Source of the DNA: a virus
DNA: 64,000 bases
IMG/VR virus record: IMGVR_UViG_3300049489_000321
Location: 64,001-128,000 of that record
Strand: one strand, 5' to 3'
Of the stretch, positions 9,841-17,484 are shown one piece after another. Each line of letters opens with the position of its first letter. The first letter of the stretch is position 1. Under the pieces are notes generated by a model. The model was not told where the DNA came from. It ran no database searches and saw only the letters and a list, made by a program, of their open reading frames with translations. Made by a program: the position numbers and the translations under genes.

Positions 9841-11298
9841 ATGAGCGACACCAATCCAGTATCAGTGTTACATGACTCTGACGGCGTTCCTATGGCTGTT
9901 GAGGATGGAGGAACCATACCTGCAGACACTAAGGCACTGTTGCTTGCTGGCAATGATGGCGGTACAGCTAATGTGGTTAAGGTAGATGCTGGCGGAAGCG
10001 TGGCGGTAGATGGATCCGGTGTTACACAACCTATCTCGGCGGTCGATCTTCCTCTACCTACAGGCGCTTCAACAGAAGCTACTTTAGCAGCTATTAAAGC
10101 TAAGACAGACAATATAGACGTTGCGCTAAGTACTCGTGCTGTTACCGGTCTTACAGACGCAGAATTACGTTCTTCTCCGGTAGACGTATACGGTCCACTA
10201 ACAGATGTTGAATTAAGAGCAACTCCTGTTGATGTGCTGGGTCCTTTAACAGACGCAGAACTAAGAGCCTCCGCAGTACCTGTGTCTGCAAGTTCGCTTC
10301 CGTTGCCCTCTGGAGCAGCGACAGCCGCTTTACAAACCCAGCCAGGCATAGACATCGGTGATGTTACTGTAAACAATGCTGCTGGGGTAGACGCGGTTAA
10401 TGTACAAGACGGTGGTAATAGTATAACCGTAGACGCACCAGTCGGAACACCAGTAGCAGTTAGGTTGAGTGACGGAAGTGCGTTTTATGACGGAACCAAA
10501 ACAGGACAGCTTCCTTCCGCACTAGTAGGTTCTAGACTAGATGTCAATGCTGGTGCCTGGCTAGGTTCTACTTCACCAACTGTAGGTCAAAAAACAAGCG
10601 CAGACTCAATACCGGTTGTTATATCGTCAGATCAGACCGGTGTTCAAGTACAAGGCACCGCTGCAAATGCCGCCGCTGCATCCGGCAATCCAATACAGGT
10701 TGGAGGCGTGGACTCTTCTGGAAACATACGTAGAGTTCTTACACAGATAGACGGATCTGTTCGTACTAAGGCGACAAATCACGCAACGTTTGCGGTTACA
10801 GCCAGCGATGCTGTGCTTGGTAACAATAAATCAATGATTTCCATAGTTAACGGAGTAGGGTCTACTGTGCTACTAAGATTAAGAGAAGTGTATCTAGTAA
10901 ACACACAAACTGCTAACGTTTCTGGAGTCATAGCTACTCTTGCACTGAGAAGAATAACAGGACACTCTGCCGGTACATCATTGACTCCGCTTCCGCACGA
11001 CACCGCTGATTCTCTAAACGTTAACGTTACTGCTATAACAGGGTCAACCGTAGCAGGAGAGGCGGCTGGGTTTTTAAAACGATGGGCTTTCAGTTCAGAC
11101 GAGTGGGGTTCTGGCGCGGCAGACGTAGAATCTTCTGCGCAAAATAATCAAACGTTGTTTCCTATACTTAACACAACCAACACCTCAATACGACCAGTTA
11201 CACTGCGTGCTGGTGAAGGAATTACCATTAAATGCGAAACGAATACAACAGCAGGACAGTTTGACGTGTTTGTTTTGTTTACACAGGAAAGTGAATAG
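9841..11298 (+). CDS. Fibre-like virion protein with 16-aa tandem repeats
   Basis: Three G(P)LTD(A/V)ELR..PV repeats, two LPLP(T/S)GA.T.A motifs, and a C-terminal beta-sandwich. Confidence 0.6.
   Translation: MSDTNPVSVLHDSDGVPMAVEDGGTIPADTKALLLAGNDGGTANVVKVDAGGSVAVDGSGVTQPISAVDLPLPTGASTEATLAAIKAKTDNIDVALSTRAVTGLTDAELRSSPVDVYGPLTDVELRATPVDVLGPLTDAELRASAVPVSASSLPLPSGAATAALQTQPGIDIGDVTVNNAAGVDAVNVQDGGNSITVDAPVGTPVAVRLSDGSAFYDGTKTGQLPSALVGSRLDVNAGAWLGSTSPTVGQKTSADSIPVVISSDQTGVQVQGTAANAAAASGNPIQVGGVDSSGNIRRVLTQIDGSVRTKATNHATFAVTASDAVLGNNKSMISIVNGVGSTVLLRLREVYLVNTQTANVSGVIATLALRRITGHSAGTSLTPLPHDTADSLNVNVTAITGSTVAGEAAGFLKRWAFSSDEWGSGAADVESSAQNNQTLFPILNTTNTSIRPVTLRAGEGITIKCETNTTAGQFDVFVLFTQESE
10147..10287 (+). 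repeat. Three imperfect ~48-bp coding tandem repeats
   Basis: GGTC..ACAGA(C/T)G..GAA(T/C)TA.G. units encoding LTDAELR/LTDVELR. Confidence 0.8.
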
Positions 11299-11300
11299 TT

Positions 11301-12176
11301 ATGGGCGCTCCAAAGACTTCTGACGGAAAACCGGTAGTTTCTATATTCCCCACAGAGGGATCAAGAAAAACACTAGTATCACACAATTGGTGTGATAAAA
11401 CTACGTGGTATCAAGAATCAACTAGGGTTGTAGACGAAATTCCAGACGCATTGACTCCTGGCGTTACTTATCAACTAGACAACCAGTTTGTGATAGACAC
11501 GTACCATGGAAAGCTATGGGCAGAAGATGATTTGCTTGATGCTGACGGCAACAGCTACAGGGTTTTAGTAGAGGTAGATTCTGGTTCTGGTTTTGAATCT
11601 AAAGAAGAAAGAGATCCACACGTTGGATCAGGTGGTGATTTCACGCTAGATTACGATACCGGTACCATTACATTTGACCCACCCATAGGGTTGACGGATG
11701 ATGTACGCGTAACTTACCACTATGCCGGTTCTTCTGTATTTACGATAAAACCTACTGAGGGCAAAGTACTGCTATTAAAAAGCGCAGAAGTACAATTCTC
11801 GACTGATGTGAATATGTTAGACACTGTTAAGTTTGTGGCTTATGGATACGTTGATGTATTTGCTCCTCAATTATCTTCTGCCAACGGAGGTCCAATACCA
11901 ACTGGAACCAAAATTCCAGTAAACACAACTACTTATAAGACTATGTATGATTTTCAAGCGGAATCTAACGGTGCCATGCCTACGATGCCAACGTTAGGCG
12001 GATCTGGTTGGAGAGGAATACAGCATAGTTTTGTTGTGTTTTCTTGGAACTACGCAGCTCTTTTAGCTTTGTATAGCAACTATGGAATGGAAGTTCGTAT
12101 ATATCTAGAACATGATGATGCTTTTACCGGAGAATTCGCAACAGCTACGGTTTATGCGTTAACTGAGGACGCGTAG
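11301..12176 (+). CDS. Hypothetical virion protein
   Basis: Contains GDFTLDYDTGTITFDPP..DDVRVTYHY, a common beta-module of phage structural proteins. Confidence 0.6.
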   Translation: MGAPKTSDGKPVVSIFPTEGSRKTLVSHNWCDKTTWYQESTRVVDEIPDALTPGVTYQLDNQFVIDTYHGKLWAEDDLLDADGNSYRVLVEVDSGSGFESKEERDPHVGSGGDFTLDYDTGTITFDPPIGLTDDVRVTYHYAGSSVFTIKPTEGKVLLLKSAEVQFSTDVNMLDTVKFVAYGYVDVFAPQLSSANGGPIPTGTKIPVNTTTYKTMYDFQAESNGAMPTMPTLGGSGWRGIQHSFVVFSWNYAALLALYSNYGMEVRIYLEHDDAFTGEFATATVYALTEDA

Positions 12177-12184
12177 TAACAACG

Positions 12185-12409
12185 ATGAGCCAAACATTAG
12201 TAACTATTTTTATGATTGCGTCATTGATAATTATTTCTGGCGTTGATGTTTACTTAGCCAACGACAATGTTAAAGGAAATACATACTCAGCAAAGATACG
12301 TGCTTGGAGTAGAATTTTTCCACCTTTAAAAATAGGAATATGTGTGTTTTTTGGAATGTTACTTGCCCATTGGTATTGGACTGTGGTAGAATACGTCAAC
12401 TGTAAATAA
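12185..12409 (+). CDS. Small two-TM membrane protein (holin-like)
   Basis: Two hydrophobic segments, the second ending FFGMLLAHWYW. Confidence 0.55.
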   Translation: MSQTLVTIFMIASLIIISGVDVYLANDNVKGNTYSAKIRAWSRIFPPLKIGICVFFGMLLAHWYWTVVEYVNCK

Positions 12410-12420
12410 TTTATCAACAA

Positions 12421-12438
12421 TATATATATATATATATA
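12421..12438. repeat. (TA)9 microsatellite directly upstream of the RBS of 12458
   Basis: TATATATATATATATATA then GGAG, and an A8 run leading into the ATG. Confidence 0.9.
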
Positions 12439-12457
12439 GGAGAAACAGACAAAAAAA

Positions 12458-13753
12458 ATGGATATAACTCAATATTTTAGCGGTATGCCAGTAGAGGCTA
12501 AAAACGCTATACAAAAAGAGCTAGAAAGTACAGACGATGTATGGCCTGTGTTCGTTTTCCGTCCTGGAGACCCAGACGGAACTAGACAAAACGTTTATAC
12601 ATCGTGGACTGAGCTAATGTCTGCTTTAGACGCAACCCGCGAGAATGGCATACGGTATTTACAGTTTGACTTTGGATACACTGGCGGCACGTTTGACGTA
12701 CCTGCTGGAACTTGGGACTTTACTGATGTAAAGTGGACTGACACTATGCGGCGTGGTAACGGTGGGTTATTTGCCTTTACAGGCGGAATTTTCCTCGGTG
12801 ATGGCGTAATAATCGAAAACCTAGCATTTATAGAACTTCATGCCACAGACGTAATCTGCACCAGTGAGACAACGGTGCCTATGACATTTAACGAGACTTG
12901 GCATACTATATGTCTTGGCGGTTCGCAGACGTGGCTGTATTCGCTAACTTCTGTGCCGCTCATCCGTCTTGGTGCCACGTTTTGTCCGCCCATTACGGTG
13001 GAGAACCCAGAAGGCGCCTTCCCGCTGTACGAATCGTCGTTTCTAGGTACAGCAGGTTTGACGACGCTAGGATCATTGTACGCAGGGTACGACTACGGCA
13101 CACCTACCGTAGACCTGATGGGTCGTGGTGTTGGTTTAGTGTGTAACTGGGAACGCAACACATTCGTAAACTCGTGCCCATATCCTTCGGGAGCATACAT
13201 AGAGTCAATCAACTCTATCCCAAGTTTCGGCGCAGGTTCATTTGGTGACCCTTTTTCTGAAACTAATACGCAAGGAAATAACTACGATCTATCCGCTACT
13301 CTAGACGTGTCTATGGTCACAATCAGCGTAGCACGGTACGCCTACGCGTCAGGCTGGCAGACAGCTCCGGATCGCGGCATGCCGATCACACCTACACGTT
13401 GGCCGGACGGGTTCCACCCTCCGTACGGCGCTGTAACCAATTGTGATCCAACCACAGGACCGGTTGACGTGTACTTGGAGGGAGCTTATCCTAACTTCGG
13501 TTCTCAGTATCTAATAGCTGATTCAGTTGGAACATGTGGTGTTGGTAACGAGATCCGGATACATGCCAAACCTGGTGAGTTGATCAATGGAGTTAATCCG
13601 TACGTACTTGATACGCCATACGGGGCTGCCATGTTGGTGTCGGTTCCTGACGGTCCCGGTGCTTATGAGCCTGTAAAGGGAGACCCGGTTGGAACGTACC
13701 CAATTAAAAACACTATAATCGGACAATGGATTGTGCTTAAGGGAGGCGCGTAA
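12458..13753 (+). CDS. Paralogue A, 431-aa putative fibre/adhesin-like protein
   Basis: Colinear with 13958-15262. C-terminal CDPTTGPVDVYL..G..YLIADSVG..NEIRI..GELING..GQWIV resembles a beta domain common in phage fibre/decoration proteins. Confidence 0.65.
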   Translation: MDITQYFSGMPVEAKNAIQKELESTDDVWPVFVFRPGDPDGTRQNVYTSWTELMSALDATRENGIRYLQFDFGYTGGTFDVPAGTWDFTDVKWTDTMRRGNGGLFAFTGGIFLGDGVIIENLAFIELHATDVICTSETTVPMTFNETWHTICLGGSQTWLYSLTSVPLIRLGATFCPPITVENPEGAFPLYESSFLGTAGLTTLGSLYAGYDYGTPTVDLMGRGVGLVCNWERNTFVNSCPYPSGAYIESINSIPSFGAGSFGDPFSETNTQGNNYDLSATLDVSMVTISVARYAYASGWQTAPDRGMPITPTRWPDGFHPPYGAVTNCDPTTGPVDVYLEGAYPNFGSQYLIADSVGTCGVGNEIRIHAKPGELINGVNPYVLDTPYGAAMLVSVPDGPGAYEPVKGDPVGTYPIKNTIIGQWIVLKGGA

Positions 13754-13755
13754 TT

Positions 13756-13905
13756 ATGCCTACAATTAAGGAAAATATTACGGCTGCTGTTGTTGCGTTA
13801 AATACTGCAAAACGCACACATGGACAAGACAGTAAAGAAGCTAATGAAGCGCGCCTAGTATTGACTAATTTAATAAAACAAGCTAGAGAAGCGACTGAGA
13901 ACTAG
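13756..13905 (+). CDS. 49-aa helical-hairpin microprotein, copy 1 (not in ORF track)
   Basis: MPTIKENITAAVVALNTAKRTHGQDSKEANEARLVLTNLIKQAREATEN; RBS GGAGG; homologous to 15265 and 15650. Confidence 0.8.
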   Translation: MPTIKENITAAVVALNTAKRTHGQDSKEANEARLVLTNLIKQAREATEN

Positions 13906-13957
13906 TGTATTTGTATCATTATATACAATAAATATACAACAAAGGATAAACAAACAA

Positions 13958-15262
13958 ATGGATATATCTCAATATTTTAGTGGAATGCCCGATGAAATTA
14001 AAAACGCATTTCAAGCAGAACTAGACAGCGCAGACACCTTGTGGTCTGTGTTCGTCTTCCGTCCTAGCGATCCAGGCGGTCAGCGCCAGAACGTGTACAC
14101 TTCTTGGACTGACCTAATGGCTGCTCTAGACGAGACACGCGAGAACGGCATTCGCCACCTTCAGTGGGACCTGTCTTTCCACGACAACTCATTCGATATT
14201 CCACCCGGTACGTGGAACTTCACTGATGTTAAATGGACTGACACCATGCGTAAGGGCAGAGGCGGTCTGTTCAATGCGACCCAGAGCATATTTGCTGGTG
14301 ACGATGTAATCATTGAAAATTTGTCGTATGTAGAGTTTGACGGATCTGAATTAGTCTGTACCAGTGAAACAACGGTTCCAATGACGTTCAGTCAGGATTG
14401 GCACCAGCTTTGGATAGGTGGCTGTTCAGGACAAATGTACTCGGTTTCATCTAAGCCACTCATTCGTCTTGGTGCCACGCTATGTCCTCCTATTTCGGAA
14501 GAAGATCCAGGTGGTGCATTCTTCCTCTACGAGTCAGCGATTATGGGCACTACTGGATTATCAACGTTTGGTAGCGTGTATTCGGGATACGACTTTACAA
14601 CTCCCGCTGTGGACTTAATGGGACGAGGCATTGGTCTCGTGTGTAACTGGGAGCGTAATATGTTCATGAATTCATGCACATATGCTTCTGGTGCGTACAT
14701 TGAGGCGTATATGACAGTGCCTAGCTTTGGCGCTGGATCGTTTGGTCCTCTGCCCACCGACGACTTTAAGTCGGGCAACGACCACAACTACGCTTCTACC
14801 TTGGATGTGTCGTTAGTTACGTTTAACCTCTCACGGTACTGCTACGCGGCTGGGTTCTCTACTCGACCTGACCTAGCTACCCCGGTTAATCCAACCAAGT
14901 GGCCTTTACCAAACGGATTTCACGTCGGGTACGGATCAGTAACTAACTGTGATACTACGGATGGTCCGCTAGACGTGTTTCTCCCGCTTGCTAATCCCAA
15001 CTTCGGTGCTCAGGTGCTGATTGTTGACTCGGTTGGCGCTGCTGGTGTTGGTAATGAGATCATTATTCACGCTAGAGCCGGTGAAACGATTAACGGCGCC
15101 GCGACGTACACCATTGACACTGCGCGAGGATCTGTTATGTTGGTGTCTGTTGCTGAAGGCGAAGCTGGTATCTACGAACCGTTGGCGTGGGGCGAGGGTG
15201 GAACCTACCCCGTCAAGAACCCCATCGTAGGACAGTGGATTATTGCATCAAAGGTAGTTTAA
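13958..15262 (+). CDS. Paralogue B, 434-aa putative fibre/adhesin-like protein
   Basis: 44 of the first 60 aa identical to paralogue A; colinear over the full length. Confidence 0.65.
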   Translation: MDISQYFSGMPDEIKNAFQAELDSADTLWSVFVFRPSDPGGQRQNVYTSWTDLMAALDETRENGIRHLQWDLSFHDNSFDIPPGTWNFTDVKWTDTMRKGRGGLFNATQSIFAGDDVIIENLSYVEFDGSELVCTSETTVPMTFSQDWHQLWIGGCSGQMYSVSSKPLIRLGATLCPPISEEDPGGAFFLYESAIMGTTGLSTFGSVYSGYDFTTPAVDLMGRGIGLVCNWERNMFMNSCTYASGAYIEAYMTVPSFGAGSFGPLPTDDFKSGNDHNYASTLDVSLVTFNLSRYCYAAGFSTRPDLATPVNPTKWPLPNGFHVGYGSVTNCDTTDGPLDVFLPLANPNFGAQVLIVDSVGAAGVGNEIIIHARAGETINGAATYTIDTARGSVMLVSVAEGEAGIYEPLAWGEGGTYPVKNPIVGQWIIASKVV

Positions 15263-15264
15263 TC

Positions 15265-15414
15265 ATGGCACTTAAAGAAGACATACAAGCAGCTACTGCT
15301 GCTCTGAGAGCGGCTAAGCAGGCTCACGGGCACGATAGTCCTGAGGCGGTTGCAGCGAGACTTGCGTTAGCTGCTCTAATTCAACAAGCCAAGGAAATAA
15401 AGAATGAGCAGTAA
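15265..15414 (+). CDS. 49-aa helical-hairpin microprotein, copy 2
   Basis: MALKEDIQAATAALRAAKQAHGHDSPEAVAARLALAALIQQAKEIKNEQ; true start ATG15265 rather than 15187. Confidence 0.8.
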   Translation: MALKEDIQAATAALRAAKQAHGHDSPEAVAARLALAALIQQAKEIKNEQ

Positions 15415-15580
15415 ACCGTTAGACGATCGTTCTATGACCGCTTTTCGTGAATTTGTAGAAGCGCAAAAGATGTACGGTGCGCAGAGCCGACCGGCGTTGT
15501 TAGCTTTAAAAAAACTACGTAAAGCAATAGGAACGCATAAAGAACCGCCACCAGGCATGATTCAAGTCGGCGGCGTATAG
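15404..15580 (+). CDS. 58-aa small protein, possibly a divergent member of the microprotein family
   Basis: MSSKPLDDRSMTAFREFVEAQKMYGAQSRPALLALKKLRKAIG...; A.K.YG..S..A..A register matches; RBS AAGGA. Confidence 0.6.
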   Translation: MSSKPLDDRSMTAFREFVEAQKMYGAQSRPALLALKKLRKAIGTHKEPPPGMIQVGGV

Positions 15581-15649
15581 AAATTGCGTAGTGTTATTGG
15601 TTTCTTATTTTATTAAAATAATAAAAAAGAATCGGAGATTAAACTAAAA

Positions 15650-15799
15650 ATGAGCATTCCTAGTAAAGAAGAAGTTGAAGCAGCTGTTGCTGCACTTAGA
15701 TCTGCTAAGCAGGAGCATGGACACGACAGTCAGCAGGCCGCCGCTGCCAGAGCAGCGCTCGCTGCATTATTGCAGAGTGCGTCTGATAGACGCCAATAG
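15650..15799 (+). CDS. 49-aa helical-hairpin microprotein, copy 3 (not in ORF track)
   Basis: MSIPSKEEVEAAVAALRSAKQEHGHDSQQAAAARAALAALLQSASDRRQ; RBS GGAG. Confidence 0.8.
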   Translation: MSIPSKEEVEAAVAALRSAKQEHGHDSQQAAAARAALAALLQSASDRRQ

Positions 15800-15855
15800 T
15801 GTCTATAGTTTGATAGTTAAATAACTAACTCATCTACCAACGGTAGAAGAAGTCC

Positions 15856-15895
15856 AAGGGTCGCCTATAATAAAATAGGCGGCTCTTGTTTTTTT
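15856..15895 (+). terminator. Rho-independent terminator closing the sheath plus accessory cassette
   Basis: CAAGGGTCGCCTAT / ATAGGCGGCTCTTG stem followed by a T-run. Confidence 0.85.
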
Positions 15896-15896
15896 A

Positions 15897-15925
15897 TTGA
15901 CAATAGTTGTATATTTTGGTATATT
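15897..15925 (+). promoter_or_regulatory. Sigma70-like promoter upstream of tail tube
   Basis: TTGACA-17 nt-TATATT with TG extension. Confidence 0.7.
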
Positions 15926-15991
15926 AATGGATAGCAAACACCAATAGGTGGCTTAGACTGGCTTTTAGGCGTTTCTAAGATGCGATTATTT

Positions 15992-16029
15992 AAGGCGATT
16001 TGGATATTCCAAGTCGCTTTTTTGTTTTT
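15992..16029 (+). terminator. Terminator-like hairpin in tail tube leader
   Basis: AAGGCGATTTGGA-TAT-TCCAAGTCGCTTT then TTTGTTTTT. Confidence 0.75.
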
Positions 16030-16080
16030 AAATGTACGTTGTTTGTTGTTACCAAATAAGTTAAGGAGAAAACAAAGACA

Positions 16081-16506
16081 ATGGCTGCTCAGACATTTAG
16101 TGGCGCTCGCGCCAGAGTACTGATTGATGGCAAAATCATTGGCTTCTGTGGCGGGTTATCCGGTTCAGAAAGCATTGATTATGAACCTGTAGACGTACTA
16201 AATCTATTAGAGGTAAAGGAATTTGTGCCGGTTGCGTATCGCGCGACACTATCAGCGCAGATGTTCCGTATTATTGGCAACTCTATCAAGAAGCAAGGTA
16301 TAATGCCTCGTGGTAACGACTTGGACATCCTAACAGCAGGCGACCTAACTGTCATGGTTGAAGACAAACTAAATCCAGGCCAGATTGCCGCGCAGTTTAC
16401 TGGTGTTAAATGCCAGGAGCATTCTTTCGATATTACTGCCAGAGGACTGGTGTCAGAGAACGTCAATTTCGTGGCGATTAGAGTGAAGGACGAGAGCGAA
16501 CTTTAA
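16081..16506 (+). CDS. Tail tube protein
   Basis: 141 aa; MAAQTFSGARA..IDGK.IG...GLVSENVNF.AI resembles SPO1/K-type tube proteins; RBS TAAGGAG. Confidence 0.85.
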   Translation: MAAQTFSGARARVLIDGKIIGFCGGLSGSESIDYEPVDVLNLLEVKEFVPVAYRATLSAQMFRIIGNSIKKQGIMPRGNDLDILTAGDLTVMVEDKLNPGQIAAQFTGVKCQEHSFDITARGLVSENVNFVAIRVKDESEL

Positions 16507-16595
16507 TAACAACTAGTTATGTGATATAGCTCGACGTAACAACAACGTTGACTTATCAGCTGTTTATAGATGAAATAGGAGATAATACTTAATAT

Positions 16596-17087
16596 ATGAA
16601 AATAAAAGGCAAGCTACATACTTTTAAAATTAACCATAAAAGCGACAATGGCGAAGACTACGAAGGTACATTCGCCTGTCGCAAACAGTCTATTATAGAT
16701 CACTCCAAGATATCTCGCCGAAAAAGCGAACTATCAGGAGGCATGTATACCGTTAAAGATGAAGACGGTAATCCTACCGGTCAGGGTATAGACGAAGAGA
16801 CCGAGACTATCAACCACATCATTGCTACGCTAGAACAGGTTTTAGTCCAGAAGCCAGATTGGTGGGACCTTACCGTATTAGATGACTACAAGCTTATAAC
16901 TTCGGTTTTTAGTGAGGTGCAGAAGTTTGAAGCGTCCTTTCGAGGACGACGAGGATCGGGCGATAGCGACACAGGACATCTATCAAGCAGCGAAGGAAGT
17001 AGCGAAGAAGAACGTGCGCAATCCAACGCTGCCAACAATGCTCCGAAGGTGGTGGACAAAAAAGTATCAACTTCCTTGGACGCATAG
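16596..17087 (+). CDS. Tail assembly chaperone (G-like)
   Basis: Position between tube and tape measure; LEQVLVQKPDWW...FEASFR motif. Confidence 0.75.
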   Translation: MKIKGKLHTFKINHKSDNGEDYEGTFACRKQSIIDHSKISRRKSELSGGMYTVKDEDGNPTGQGIDEETETINHIIATLEQVLVQKPDWWDLTVLDDYKLITSVFSEVQKFEASFRGRRGSGDSDTGHLSSSEGSSEEERAQSNAANNAPKVVDKKVSTSLDA

Positions 17088-17484
17088 TGCTTTTCAAGAA
17101 AGTAGTTTGTTTGAACTACTTGTAGAGCGTTACGAAGATCTGTTTGAAGCAGATCCAGAAGCTTTACGCGAAGCGTCAAAGAACGAAGACGGTGAACTAG
17201 TCTTTGAAGAAACTGGTGACGAACTAATTGACAAGTGGGAACGTGAGCTTGCTCTAGGACTTGACCCGGATCTGACAGAAGGTCTGTCTAAAGACATGGT
17301 TAAGAACCTAGAGAAAAATAGTGAAAAAGCTAAACGTGCTAGAGAGATAGCAGATGGAATCGATGATTCAAATATTCTTGATCAAGTTCTCGGAAGTGGT
17401 AAAGAGCTTGATATCCTCCGCGATAATATACTTGGCAACGGCAGGAATGTTTCTGCACCTTCTAGGGTAGGTAGACGTAGGTAA
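16942..17484 (+). CDS. Tail chaperone frameshift extension (T-like), probably reached by +1 frameshift at TCC TTT CGA (16935-16943)
   Basis: The +1 frame is open 16900-17484, has no RBS-led start, and abuts the tape measure ATG. Contains RRWW.KKY.LP and TGDELIDKWERE motifs. Confidence 0.65.
   Translation, partial: EDDEDRAIATQDIYQAAKEVAKKNVRNPTLPTMLRRWWTKKYQLPWTHSAFQESSLFELLVERYEDLFEADPEALREASKNEDGELVFEETGDELIDKWERELALGLDPDLTEGLSKDMVKNLEKNSEKAKRAREIADGIDDSNILDQVLGSGKELDILRDNILGNGRNVSAPSRVGRRR

Noticed and set aside
12458-15262. Paralogue pair as DGR template/variable repeat or invertible shufflon
   Set aside because: Differences are spread throughout, involve all bases and are often synonymous rather than adenine-specific. 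Both copies are in the same orientation, and there is no reverse transcriptase or invertase in the window.
13756-15799. Microproteins as CP12 homologues (helix-G..S-helix)
   Set aside because: They lack the CP12 cysteines and the AWD.VEEL core; the similarity is limited to a generic helical-hairpin turn.
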